Source of the DNA: a phage
NCBI GenBank assembly: GCA_022979955.1
Contig: GCA_022979955.1_3642.1
Length of the DNA: 64,000 bases
Reading direction: 5' to 3' (one strand)
A program made the translations under genes and the position numbers. Below the pieces are notes generated by a model. It did not search any database. It was not told the origin of the DNA and saw nothing but the letters and a program-made list of their open reading frames with translations. Of the stretch, positions 18,291-27,198 are shown one piece after another. The first letter of the stretch is position 1; each line of letters begins with the position of its first letter.

Positions 18291-18578
18291 TCATAGTGCC
18301 TCTAAGATTTCATATCCTTCGGGTCGGAATACAAGCCACTCTGTGGCTCCGTTTGGTCGATACGCTTTATACAGAACAACCTGGTCTCGGCACATGCACA
18401 TGGCTACATAGTTTTCATCCACACCTGCAGCCTGCATTGTATCTTCTTCTCCGGCAACTGCTTTGCTTACAACCTCCTTGGTAGGCAGGTGTGCGATCAG
18501 CTCGTCACCATCATTAATTCCAAAATGGCTGAGTTCTCCATTGGTATCTTTAATCTTAATCTTAACCAGATCTTTCAT
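18291..18578 (-). CDS. hypothetical small acidic protein
   Basis: ORF track; tiled with neighbours. Confidence 0.5.
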   Translation of the reverse strand: MKDLVKIKIKDTNGELSHFGINDGDELIAHLPTKEVVSKAVAGEEDTMQAAGVDENYVAMCMCRDQVVLYKAYRPNGATEWLVFRPEGYEILEAL

Positions 18579-18907
18579 TAGTCTTCCTCCAGGTTCAAAG
18601 GTCCTAAGATTTCATATGCCAGATTAGAAGTTACCAGAGGGTCTTCTGCATCTTTAGTATTATACCACCCGTGAATAACCAGAGTCCCACTCTGTTTCAT
18701 ATCTAACTGGAACTGTTCTGCAGTTTCCTCATCCATCTCTAAGATCTCCATAAGGTACTTGATGTTAGGAAGGTATGCAGCTGTTACAGTTCCCTCTACC
18801 AGACCTTCGGGCCAACCTACATCCGGATGACAAGTAGGAACCAGGTTGGTCAGCTTAATGGTGTACGCTTTTTCTGCACGAGCCTTCAGTAACGGGTCAA
18901 TTTTCAT
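18578..18907 (-). CDS. hypothetical small acidic protein
   Basis: ORF track; start/stop overlaps with neighbours. Confidence 0.5.
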   Translation of the reverse strand: MKIDPLLKARAEKAYTIKLTNLVPTCHPDVGWPEGLVEGTVTAAYLPNIKYLMEILEMDEETAEQFQLDMKQSGTLVIHGWYNTKDAEDPLVTSNLAYEILGPLNLEED

Positions 18908-19257
18908 TATTCGTCCTCCTCTTCGGTGCCTGCTTCCAGTAATAAGTTAAGAATATCTTCTGCACAAGGCTCATAGAACTCTTGGCCTTCATTATCGATG
19001 ATTTTGTAGTCATCTCCACGAATAATCAGGGGATCACTCTCAAAATTATCGAGACCTTTAACAACGACAACACGATCGATTGCCATCATTGTAAGAACTT
19101 TATCGACATTTTCCTCTGCTACACCATACTGCAGCAGAATGTCTTTGGTAGGAGGAACAGCATCCACAACAACACCGTTACCAAAACCTTCCGGAAGTTT
19201 AACTAAAATATCTTCCGGAACAACATTCACATCAAAACCAGTAATTTCTACTTTCAT
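18907..19257 (-). CDS. hypothetical small acidic protein (MKVEITG... N-terminus, acidic tail)
   Basis: ORF track. Confidence 0.5.
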   Translation of the reverse strand: MKVEITGFDVNVVPEDILVKLPEGFGNGVVVDAVPPTKDILLQYGVAEENVDKVLTMMAIDRVVVVKGLDNFESDPLIIRGDDYKIIDNEGQEFYEPCAEDILNLLLEAGTEEEDE

Positions 19258-19518
19258 TTACAGCACCTCTTCGTCAACTACTTCATAAAAATGGCTTGGG
19301 ATTGCAATAGCGTTCTCACCTTCACCCAAGAACACTGTCCCACTAACGATTAACATTAGAAGAACGTCTGCGATACCTTCCTCGGGGACGTTGCCAAAAC
19401 CTTTAATCAGCTCGTAGGTTGGAATATTTACCTCTAAGATGTCACCATCTTTAGAACGGAAATCAACACCGTCCTGAATCTCTGCCGTTTCAAGGTTTTT
19501 CAATTTAATCTTCATCAA
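19258..19518 (-). CDS. hypothetical small acidic protein (MKIK...YEVVDEE termini shared with paralog array)
   Basis: ORF track; own promoter upstream. Confidence 0.5.
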   Translation of the reverse strand: MMKIKLKNLETAEIQDGVDFRSKDGDILEVNIPTYELIKGFGNVPEEGIADVLLMLIVSGTVFLGEGENAIAIPSHFYEVVDEEVL

Positions 19519-19547
19519 TCGGTCTCCTATCTTGTTAAGATGAAGGT

Positions 19548-19586
19548 ATTATTTCACACAGGGTTGGCGTTGTCAACACCTGTGTG
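19548..19586 (-). promoter_or_regulatory. sigma70-like promoter (TTGACA-N17-AATAAT on - strand) overlapped by inverted repeat CACACAGG / CCTGTGTG
   Basis: hexamers and 8-bp inverted repeat arms (19555..19562, 19579..19586) read directly. Confidence 0.45.
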
Positions 19587-19594
19587 CAAGAAAA

Positions 19595-19990
19595 TTACTG
19601 AAACAGTGCGGATAAATTACCTTCTGGTGGGAACTTATCTGCCAAAAACGGTGTTAGCACAGTAGCCTTCTGAAGATCTGGGGTCCACTCGTTGTTCAGA
19701 ACATCCCAGTAGTACGCAATGTTACTGTGTGGGTGCCGCATTACGAACTTTTTCCCCTCGTAGTCATCTGAAACCTCTACAGAAGAAATAACAACAGAAT
19801 CTTCAAGGGTTTCTTCATAGAAAGATCCGCCTTCAAATTTCCAACGAGATGCAAGAGCCCCTGCCTTGAACGCTGCAGATAACGGACTGTCGGCAAGAAC
19901 ATACATTTCTTGCACTCTGTCGCTGCGATCTTTGCTTCTTACGTTGTATACAGTATCTGAGCTATACTCAACACGGTATAGGCTTACCAT
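19595..19990 (-). CDS. hypothetical protein, paralog of 21800..22198
   Basis: shared segment FV.RHP.S...YW......WTP with 21800..22198. Confidence 0.5.
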   Translation of the reverse strand: MVSLYRVEYSSDTVYNVRSKDRSDRVQEMYVLADSPLSAAFKAGALASRWKFEGGSFYEETLEDSVVISSVEVSDDYEGKKFVMRHPHSNIAYYWDVLNNEWTPDLQKATVLTPFLADKFPPEGNLSALFQ

Positions 19991-20322
19991 TACCGCACCT
20001 CCTCAATAACTTCCACATCTGAACCCACCACAAATGCAAAAGGACAGGTTTCATGAAAGACATCCGGATCGCCGCCAAGCTTGCTAACAATTTCTCCACC
20101 ACTAATAAACACAAGCTCACCGATATTCATCAGATTGCTGAAATAGTATCCATAATGATTAAAGAATGCAGCAGGGTCAGGTAGACTAGTAGCCTCAAGT
20201 TCTACATCGGTTGAGATTACTTTCTTATCATAACCTCTCGCCTTCTGAGATGCAAGATCTGCAGAATCTTCAGGCGACCGGAGATGCACAGGAATTGTTT
20301 CACCAATAAATCGTACTTTCAT
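19990..20322 (-). CDS. hypothetical small acidic protein, paralog-family A member
   Basis: ORF 19990..20349 begins at TTG; trimmed to ATG at 20322; motif LVFISGGEIVSKLGG and C-terminal VEVIEE. Confidence 0.45.
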   Translation of the reverse strand: MKVRFIGETIPVHLRSPEDSADLASQKARGYDKKVISTDVELEATSLPDPAAFFNHYGYYFSNLMNIGELVFISGGEIVSKLGGDPDVFHETCPFAFVVGSDVEVIEEVR

Positions 20323-20326
20323 ATTC

Positions 20327-20590
20327 TTACCCAACAACCATAGCTTCAAAAGGAGTCATGAACGAATAAACGGCATCATCATCTGCTTCAGGAAATGCTC
20401 CCAAAGACTTCATATCTGAGCCCTTGACAAATACAAGGTTTTGATCAAAAGCTTCTTGAGGGTCAATCCGATACATATCTCGTAGGATATCGCTTACCTC
20501 CTCATCAAGAGGTGAGTATGCTGTGCACGTTTTTCCGATCAAGCTTTGAGAATCAGGGTATCCACCTGAAGTTTTAAAATAAACAATCAT
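20327..20590 (-). CDS. hypothetical small acidic protein, paralog-family A member
   Basis: motif LIGKT...LVFVKGSDMKSLGA. Confidence 0.5.
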   Translation of the reverse strand: MIVYFKTSGGYPDSQSLIGKTCTAYSPLDEEVSDILRDMYRIDPQEAFDQNLVFVKGSDMKSLGAFPEADDDAVYSFMTPFEAMVVG

Positions 20591-20684
20591 ATAGTATCAC
20601 CTCTGGCAAGAGATGGGGATTCCTTTCCCACAAATAATTACAAACTTTTCTTTTTATTGAGGGAGTATGCTAATCAAAGCAGGA

Positions 20685-20954
20685 TTACTCTTCTACAATC
20701 TCATACACATCAGGAGTTACAATCAACTCTTCTCCGTTACCTGGTGCAACAAACACCACCAAGCCTTCAGGTGTGTGCTTTTTAGCCATCTCGATGACAT
20801 CTTCTCGCAGAGCTGGCTCCATCAGATCAAAGCCTTCACCCAGTGCATCACGAACTACCTTCATGTAGTCCACTGGTTGTGCTTCAACGATCATGCCTTC
20901 AACCAGTCCGCAGTTTTTGTCTGCCAGCTCAGTTTTGAATAATTTAATTTTCAT
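20685..20954 (-). CDS. hypothetical small acidic protein (MKIK...YEIVEE)
   Basis: ORF track; leader hairpin GGGAAAGGAATCCCC upstream. Confidence 0.5.
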   Translation of the reverse strand: MKIKLFKTELADKNCGLVEGMIVEAQPVDYMKVVRDALGEGFDLMEPALREDVIEMAKKHTPEGLVVFVAPGNGEELIVTPDVYEIVEE

Positions 20955-21091
20955 TTAGAGGTCTCCTCGATTATTTGATATTAATAGCCGTAACCTAACA
21001 CATTAACTACAACTGCGATTGCAAACATAATTTCAAAGCATGCAATCTCTACATTTGGGACTAATTTCTTAATCATACCCATTGTAGCACC

Positions 21092-21409
21092 TCAATCCCA
21101 AAAGTCAATCTTTACTTTACCTTTTCCCTTACCTTTCTTTCCACCGCATTTAGCCAACTGGCGTGCTGCAACATCCACCATACGGTCAGTTGCCTCGTAA
21201 GCATCGCTACCTTTAGCTTTGGCGATAACTTCTTTCCCAGAATTGTCAAAAATAAAAGCCATAACTTCCTGGTGATCATTTTCAACTTTTACACTCACAC
21301 GTGCATAGTTGGCAGAGGGGTGCAAGCGCTCCAGCTTGGACATTTTGTGGGAAATGAAAGACACCATACCTTCAGTGATCTCTACGTTGCCAGTGATTTC
21401 AATCTGCAT
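21092..21409 (-). CDS. hpf: ribosome hibernation promoting factor / RaiA (YfiA)-like protein
   Basis: N-terminus MQIEITGNVEITEG and C-terminal DAYEATDRMVDVAARQLAK track the E. coli HPF pattern MQLNITGNNVEITEA...DMYAAIDGLIDKLARQLTK (recalled); followed by lysine-rich tail. Confidence 0.6.
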   Translation of the reverse strand: MQIEITGNVEITEGMVSFISHKMSKLERLHPSANYARVSVKVENDHQEVMAFIFDNSGKEVIAKAKGSDAYEATDRMVDVAARQLAKCGGKKGKGKGKVKIDFWD

Positions 21410-21456
21410 AACGTGCTCCTTTTAAAGAAGAGGGAACCAAACCCTCTTTGAAAATA

Positions 21457-21485
21457 ATGATACTAAAGATCAAATGTTGTGTCAA
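21457..21485 (-). promoter_or_regulatory. sigma70-like promoter TTGACA-N17-TATCAT (- strand) for hpf-like gene
   Basis: hexamers read directly; leader hairpin AGAGGGTTTGGTTCCCTCT then AAAAGGAG SD. Confidence 0.5.
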
Positions 21486-21491
21486 CAGTTT

Positions 21492-21782
21492 TTACAGCTT
21501 GTCGTCGATAGTTTTTAAAATATCTACTGCAAGATCTGCCATTTTACGAACATACTCTGCAAACTCAACAGGATCCTTGATCAATGAGTTCACAGGGTCA
21601 TACCCTAAAGCGTTTAAAATGGCTACAGCATCCACAACCTTCTCATCATTTGCGAAGATCTCACCGTCAAACTTGTAGGTCCATTTTGAGTCAATCTTGG
21701 CATGGCAGGATTGGTCCATGCTTATTACACCATCTTTTTTAAACGATTCGGTGTTATCAGTGTCCAAAACTAAATCCATCAT
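21492..21782 (-). CDS. hypothetical acidic protein
   Basis: ORF track. Confidence 0.5.
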   Translation of the reverse strand: MMDLVLDTDNTESFKKDGVISMDQSCHAKIDSKWTYKFDGEIFANDEKVVDAVAILNALGYDPVNSLIKDPVEFAEYVRKMADLAVDILKTIDDKL

Positions 21783-21799
21783 GTAAGTACCCCACTATT

Positions 21800-22198
21800 T
21801 CAGCTTATTTTTTCTTCAACAACCCCGTAGCTCGGGGCAGAGTCAAGAGCTTTCTGGTTTAAAAGTGGTGTAGCAGAATCTGCAAACGGTGTCCAAGTTT
21901 TTGTTCTGGCATTCCAGTAATGCTTCACTCTGGAATCCGGATGCACTATAACAAAAACTTTTTCACTTGTCAACACATTAATTTCTTCTACACCCTTGCT
22001 GATAATTTCTCCGTCATAGCCCCCAGTCTGGTATCCTTCGTACCAGGTTCTTGCATAGGCATAGCCAGCCTGCCAGCATGCAGCCTCCTCCGAGGTGGAG
22101 ACTACGTAGAAGTCTTTCTCAAATTCCGGAATACGCCCTTGCTTTACGCTCCAAGCTCCGCGAATTTTCATTGTAACTTTGAACAGTTTATTTTTCAC
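21800..22198 (-). CDS. hypothetical protein, paralog of 19595..19990
   Basis: shared FVIVHPDSRVKHYWNARTKTWTP-like segment. Confidence 0.5.
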   Translation of the reverse strand: MKNKLFKVTMKIRGAWSVKQGRIPEFEKDFYVVSTSEEAACWQAGYAYARTWYEGYQTGGYDGEIISKGVEEINVLTSEKVFVIVHPDSRVKHYWNARTKTWTPFADSATPLLNQKALDSAPSYGVVEEKIS

Positions 22199-22210
22199 AA
22201 CGGTTACCCA

Positions 22211-22465
22211 TCACAGCTCTACAATATCTGCATCTGACCCTGCCCCAAAGGCATAATAGGACTCTTCCCCGAAATAATATTCAGGTGCACCAGCGGTGAT
22301 CAGGTCTGCTCCTAAGATAAACACCACGTTGTGGCCTACATAACTGTGATGTTGCCGCACAGGATCATCCCACGGCAACCCTTCGAAGTATACCGCAGGA
22401 ACGACCTTTCCATTCAGGAAGGATTGTCCCAAGTAGACGTTAGAATCAAGAATTTTAACCTTCAT
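22211..22465 (-). CDS. hypothetical small acidic protein, paralog-family A member
   Basis: MKVKILDS...NGKVV...VVFILGADLITAGA. Confidence 0.5.
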   Translation of the reverse strand: MKVKILDSNVYLGQSFLNGKVVPAVYFEGLPWDDPVRQHHSYVGHNVVFILGADLITAGAPEYYFGEESYYAFGAGSDADIVEL

Positions 22466-22682
22466 GATCGTCCTCCACTACCTCTACATCCTCACCTAGG
22501 GCAAAGTTGTAGGTCCACTGACTGTCAAAGCATTCCTGAGATGCACCAGCGGCAATAAGATCTGCTCCTTTTATTTTTAAAAGGTCATGGTAATCTTCGT
22601 TAGGGACAGCAGTAAACACTTTTCCTACTAAAGGATCCTGACCAATATAGAAGCTTGAATCTAAAACTTTAACTTTCATCAA
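22455..22682 (-). CDS. hypothetical small acidic protein, paralog-family A member
   Basis: MKVKVLDS...VGKVF...LLKIKGADLIAAGA...VEVVED. Confidence 0.5.
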   Translation of the reverse strand: MMKVKVLDSSFYIGQDPLVGKVFTAVPNEDYHDLLKIKGADLIAAGASQECFDSQWTYNFALGEDVEVVEDDHEG

Positions 22683-22963
22683 CGGTCTCCATCAGGTGGT
22701 TGTGGGACGTAAACACTGTTACGAATATCGTCCGCAGTATAGTAATAAGTGTCTCCAACCCTATCTCTGGCTGCAATGTACTCTGCTATACCAATAAGTG
22801 CCATTGATTTGGTGGCGTATCTTCCCCATTCGTTAGCTCCCCAGCAAAATCTCTGCCAAAACGGTATGAAACCGAATAGGTACACCTTCTGTTTCACTAT
22901 CCAATAAGTTCCTTTACAGATCACTTTAAACTCTGCAGCACTGTTACTGACACCATTGTTCAT
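22679..22963 (-). CDS. hypothetical protein
   Basis: ORF track; 4-nt overlaps. Confidence 0.5.
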   Translation of the reverse strand: MNNGVSNSAAEFKVICKGTYWIVKQKVYLFGFIPFWQRFCWGANEWGRYATKSMALIGIAEYIAARDRVGDTYYYTADDIRNSVYVPQPPDGDR

Positions 22964-22975
22964 TATCTTCTCCTT

Positions 22976-23296
22976 TTATTTTTCTGGGTTTGGCAGATAT
23001 TGCACATTGGCAGGAGGAACACCGGATAGCTCCCAAACAACCATAGTGCTGTACCCTGGCACACTTCTAACATTTAAAAGAGTAGGAGCACCAACACATT
23101 TAAACTTCCTTTTCCCAAATCCGTTCTCCATCATAACCCAGTATCCGGTATCCTGATCACCTGGAATTTGTGTTCCATCATCGTCCACCCAGCGGACGGT
23201 CCATTTTGATACAGCAACGGCTCGGTATTTAAACTTTTTAAACCACTCAAACAGTTTCATCTTCAGCCTCGCTTGGCAGCTCTTCCATTTTGACAT
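22976..23296 (-). CDS. hypothetical protein (true start possibly at internal ATG near 23260)
   Basis: ORF track. Confidence 0.45.
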   Translation of the reverse strand: MSKWKSCQARLKMKLFEWFKKFKYRAVAVSKWTVRWVDDDGTQIPGDQDTGYWVMMENGFGKRKFKCVGAPTLLNVRSVPGYSTMVVWELSGVPPANVQYLPNPEK

Positions 23297-23444
23297 ACCG
23301 GAAAGTGTTGCCGTAATAGTTGATCCATGACATCAGCTCGCTTTCTTGCTCTTCCTCTGGGATTGACTCTCGGATGCTGACAAGTTTTAAGAAAATCCAA
23401 TCACAATCTACACCCATCCTACCAGACAGGCAATAGTGCTTCAT
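23247..23444 (-). CDS. hypothetical protein
   Basis: ORF track. Confidence 0.4.
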   Translation of the reverse strand: MKHYCLSGRMGVDCDWIFLKLVSIRESIPEEEQESELMSWINYYGNTFRYVKMEELPSEAEDETV

Positions 23445-23462
23445 AGAACCCTCCCGACTGGT

Positions 23463-23657
23463 TTAGAATATTGCTTCTTCCATTGCACCTGAGAGCAACA
23501 AAGAGGTAATATGGCTAACATTCATCTCAGACTCTACTTCCTCCCCTTTGAAAGGTTCGCGGCAGAATAGGACTGTTTCAGGACTTTTACTTCGAACAAT
23601 ATAATACAAATCATTCAAAGTGTTGTAGTAATAAGTGTTAAAACGTAAGTTTTTCAT
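23463..23657 (-). CDS. hypothetical protein
   Basis: ORF track. Confidence 0.4.
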   Translation of the reverse strand: MKNLRFNTYYYNTLNDLYYIVRSKSPETVLFCREPFKGEEVESEMNVSHITSLLLSGAMEEAIF

Positions 23658-23941
23658 TTTCTAGTCCCCTTCTTAGATTTTTGTGCAGAAACGCTTTCTG
23701 CAATACGAGACAGGCGTTCTTCTGAAGCTTTACCTACCCCAGGTTTCTTGAGCGGGTTATCTTTATGACCGCAATCCAATTGGATGCTAGATACCTCCCC
23801 AACCTTGTAAGTCAATTCTAACAAAAGGTTGTCGTCCTTGTCAAATGTTTTTACGATAAATTTTTTATCGTCCTCCTGAACCTCATATCGGGTACCTGCA
23901 GTATACAGCATGGTGCCATCAGTATAGGATATCCAGATCAT
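23654..23941 (-). CDS. hypothetical protein
   Basis: ORF track; overlaps neighbours by 4 nt. Confidence 0.45.
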   Translation of the reverse strand: MIWISYTDGTMLYTAGTRYEVQEDDKKFIVKTFDKDDNLLLELTYKVGEVSSIQLDCGHKDNPLKKPGVGKASEERLSRIAESVSAQKSKKGTRK

Positions 23942-24285
23942 TGAGCCTCCTTCTGCTGCAACAGCATTAACTCTTTGTTAGAGATCTTTACTGCTGTTTT
24001 TATTGTTCCATCTTCACGGAACCACGACCAGAACTCTACAGTGTCACCACTATCAAGCAAAGCATGCCCATGGTAAAAATCCTTGTCCTTAGACAGTTTC
24101 TCATCTATATCTGCATCAACACATTCGTGATCCATAGCATTTTGCCTGAATGCATCGGTTATGCCAATGCATGCCTTGCTCTCAAGACTGGTATATCCGA
24201 TATCTTTTAATTCAGTTTCCCAAGTCCAGTATCCTACAAAAGCTACAACAGCTGCCCACATTAATACCGACTTAATCTTTGGCAT
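23938..24285 (-). CDS. hypothetical membrane-anchored protein
   Basis: ORF track; N-terminal TM-like helix. Confidence 0.45.
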   Translation of the reverse strand: MPKIKSVLMWAAVVAFVGYWTWETELKDIGYTSLESKACIGITDAFRQNAMDHECVDADIDEKLSKDKDFYHGHALLDSGDTVEFWSWFREDGTIKTAVKISNKELMLLQQKEAQ

Positions 24286-24345
24286 TCTCTCTACCTCTTT
24301 CTTAGTTTATTTAATCATGGCACATCCTTTGTGCCTTGTTGCACA

Positions 24346-24807
24346 CTACTTGAACAACAGTTCAAGATAGTGCAAAATTAACAGAAGTTGAATTACGCCT
24401 AGCACAACGGCGAGTATGTTAATCTTAGAATCAAAAAACTTCTTAACTTTTACCCTAAAAGGCTCTTTAATGTCCTTTACGATCCTATTTATAGATGATT
24501 TCATATCCCTGATTACCATCCTAAACATTAGAGACGGATCCTCCTTCTCTGTAACAGAATCGAAAACATACTCTCTTCGGTCATAAGGCCCTCCAGATCT
24601 GCGTATTAACCTCTCCACAGAGACCTCGTACGACACACCTGTAACGTAATCATCTATGACAAGTAGTGACGGGTCTTTATCATCCAAGGGTATCAAAGTT
24701 ATCTTTCCAGATCTTGTTAAAATTTCTCCTTTTTCAAGCAAGGTGTACCAATGCTCTCTACCAAGGTTGTTGAGGCACGTTTTTACATATTTAACAAACA
24801 TCGTCAC
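24346..24807 (-). CDS. hypothetical protein with C-terminal TM anchor
   Basis: ORF track; hydrophobic C-terminus. Confidence 0.5.
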   Translation of the reverse strand: MTMFVKYVKTCLNNLGREHWYTLLEKGEILTRSGKITLIPLDDKDPSLLVIDDYVTGVSYEVSVERLIRRSGGPYDRREYVFDSVTEKEDPSLMFRMVIRDMKSSINRIVKDIKEPFRVKVKKFFDSKINILAVVLGVIQLLLILHYLELLFK

Positions 24808-25007
24808 CCCTCATCACACGTCTGATATAACCATTCTATGAAATCTTGATACCACTCTCCCTCTGAGCGCTCCGTAGGCCAATAATCTTCCCCCTCTCTT
24901 GCATTAAAATCTGAGTATTCGACTTTCCACTCCTTTACCAGCTCGTGGAGAAGGTTTTCAGCCTGTTCTAAGGATTTATTTTTTGTCATTACTGTCCCCT
25001 TTTTCAA
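24804..25007 (-). CDS. hypothetical acidic protein
   Basis: ORF track. Confidence 0.45.
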   Translation of the reverse strand: MKKGTVMTKNKSLEQAENLLHELVKEWKVEYSDFNAREGEDYWPTERSEGEWYQDFIEWLYQTCDEG

Positions 25008-25209
25008 GATAATTATACATTAGTGCCGCACCACCCAAAATGGCTACCAGCAGTAATACTCCGGAGAGCATTTCAATAAACATGGCTTGAAACATTAGAA
25101 GGTCCCCTCTAATTTCACGCACCATTTTAAATACACACTCTTTTCCCATGAAGATACTGAACTAAGGTCTGTATAGAATGCAATCTCCCTAAGAACAGTA
25201 TAAACAGTT

Positions 25210-25446
25210 TCAGTCACTGTTACCATTCTTATCTTCCTCCTTCATTTTTCTGACGGTTTTACAGTGATCTACCAAGCACATAACAACAATGAAGAGAACG
25301 ACAGGCCAAAAAGGTGCGGCAGTGATTATAGTTATAAAGTCGTCAAACTTAATTTTTCTACAAGATATGATGCAAAGAGTTGCTAAAACAACCATTGTCA
25401 GAAAGGTCAATGCGCAATACCAAACCAACACAGTATCTATGGCCAT
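25210..25446 (-). CDS. hypothetical membrane protein
   Basis: ORF track; two hydrophobic segments. Confidence 0.4.
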   Translation of the reverse strand: MAIDTVLVWYCALTFLTMVVLATLCIISCRKIKFDDFITIITAAPFWPVVLFIVVMCLVDHCKTVRKMKEEDKNGNSD

Positions 25447-25447
25447 A

Positions 25448-25975
25448 TTACATCTCCTGGTTCAAACTGTTAAGAAAGGATACTCTGTCTTCGCTATTTT
25501 TCTCTGTGATATACCCTCCAAACATGGAAAGAATCACATGCTTCAAGTAATCTTTTTCTGGGTCGCTTAGATGATTGCGTGGCTTTATTTCCACATCATG
25601 GTAGTCATACAATCCACAATCATGATACCCCCAGTATCGACACACCTCAATACTGATCGGGAGTTTTTTGTCACACGAAACTTTCCAACGGGTTACGTTG
25701 TTACCAGGGGATAAATCCTCGCCCACCTTCACGAATGACAAATCGTAATTCATAAACTTTTCGTGCAGTTTAAGTACAAAACCCTCTACCTGTGGAGAAA
25801 CACCAGCCACTAGCTGGGCGTATCTATATTTACTTTCAATAATTTTTCGGCGCTTTGCTGTAAGGTTTATTGCAGCAATTTGACTCTCTGAGTATCTCCA
25901 AGGCTTATATATAAATGCTTTCGGGTCTTTATCGCCATAAAAATCTTTCCAATCAACCAGTAGCATACCTGTCAC
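25448..25975 (-). CDS. hypothetical protein
   Basis: ORF track 175 aa. Confidence 0.5.
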   Translation of the reverse strand: MTGMLLVDWKDFYGDKDPKAFIYKPWRYSESQIAAINLTAKRRKIIESKYRYAQLVAGVSPQVEGFVLKLHEKFMNYDLSFVKVGEDLSPGNNVTRWKVSCDKKLPISIEVCRYWGYHDCGLYDYHDVEIKPRNHLSDPEKDYLKHVILSMFGGYITEKNSEDRVSFLNSLNQEM

Positions 25976-26205
25976 TCCTCCACAACTTCAAGGCCTTTGC
26001 CGCCTCGTTCTGGTAGATTACTTAAAGACAGGTAATACGTATAGTCAGGAGAGATCCTGCCAGACTCTGCACCTGCAGATAGTAAATCTTTTCCCTTAAC
26101 CATGACAACATTATCGTTTGCAGATAGTCGTTTTGCTTCCACAATTTTACCAACGCAGTCAACCAAGGAAGGGTACCCTAAATCTGTAAGAAATTTAACT
26201 TTCAT
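25972..26205 (-). CDS. hypothetical small acidic protein, paralog-family A member
   Basis: MKVKFLTD...VGKIVEA...VVMVKGKDLLSAGAE...LEVVEE. Confidence 0.5.
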   Translation of the reverse strand: MKVKFLTDLGYPSLVDCVGKIVEAKRLSANDNVVMVKGKDLLSAGAESGRISPDYTYYLSLSNLPERGGKGLEVVEE

Positions 26206-26244
26206 GCTACCTCCTACTTCTACCGTCCCTGGTAAGATAAATTA

Positions 26245-26643
26245 TTACTGAACAGAGCGCGGAGCTGGGAAGGATAACTCTTCTAAAGAGAAGATTTCAT
26301 TCCCCACAATCCATGTTGCAGGATCATCTGGGTTGACTGGATAGATAATCATCACCTCGTCAGTGTTACATACCCGCTTTTTACCTGTGGAGTCATCAGC
26401 GACCAGCATGCGCGGTTCTTCAGAAATGCACAGGTAGCCTCCTCGGCCCACTGTTCCTTCCACAGGATCTTGTCCTTTGATCACGATGATTATCTTCTCT
26501 CCTGAGGTGATATTACCTTGCACACTCACCGTTTGACCAACTTTAGATGTGCCGAACTTGGTGGTTTCAAACATTAAATCTCGAATTACTGTTGCATAGT
26601 CTCCAGACACTTTCTTACCTTCTTTAGTGATCTCAATCTTCAT
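26245..26643 (-). CDS. hypothetical protein
   Basis: ORF track. Confidence 0.5.
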   Translation of the reverse strand: MKIEITKEGKKVSGDYATVIRDLMFETTKFGTSKVGQTVSVQGNITSGEKIIIVIKGQDPVEGTVGRGGYLCISEEPRMLVADDSTGKKRVCNTDEVMIIYPVNPDDPATWIVGNEIFSLEELSFPAPRSVQ

Positions 26644-26906
26644 ACACTGGGCTCCTTAAATGAATCTATGTAATCAATTAAATCCCAAGCATCCCTATGA
26701 CCTGTCAGAGGGTATACTTCTCCAAGAGGGATCATAGCAATAAGTCTATCAAAAACCCAATCTGGGCGCAACATTTTATGGTGATACTCCCACTCACCTT
26801 CTACAGATTTTTTCTGAGTAATCAGGATCTCTGTGTAGTGTTTCGCCTGTCTTGAGTAAATTGAAAATGACTTGTACATAAATGACCCCCTTGTTGAGAA
26901 CAACAA
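26640..26906 (-). CDS. hypothetical protein
   Basis: ORF track. Confidence 0.45.
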   Translation of the reverse strand: MLFSTRGSFMYKSFSIYSRQAKHYTEILITQKKSVEGEWEYHHKMLRPDWVFDRLIAMIPLGEVYPLTGHRDAWDLIDYIDSFKEPSV

Positions 26907-26913
26907 TACATAA

Positions 26914-27198
26914 CTACCAGGTTACTGTCAAGTAGGCAACCGTGTTATTTTTCTCTGGAGAGATGCCAACAACATCTACCTGCAGACCTCCTGCCCTCAA
27001 ATCCCCAACAATATGCGGGAAGTAATCTGAGAGATGTGAGGGTAGATTTATCGAAAATCCGCATCCCAGAAAGCCTGCTAACGCTTTATTTTGTATCTCC
27101 CCTACAATCGCATCATAAATGGAGTTAAGCTCGTCAGGGAGCGTTACAGGACGTTTTAGCGCTAACTGGTGCAACTTGTCCTTAGCACTCATTTTCAT
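26914..27198 (-). CDS. hypothetical protein
   Basis: ORF 26914..27267 trimmed to ATG at 27198 giving ATGA overlap with upstream methyltransferase. Confidence 0.45.
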   Translation of the reverse strand: MKMSAKDKLHQLALKRPVTLPDELNSIYDAIVGEIQNKALAGFLGCGFSINLPSHLSDYFPHIVGDLRAGGLQVDVVGISPEKNNTVAYLTVTW

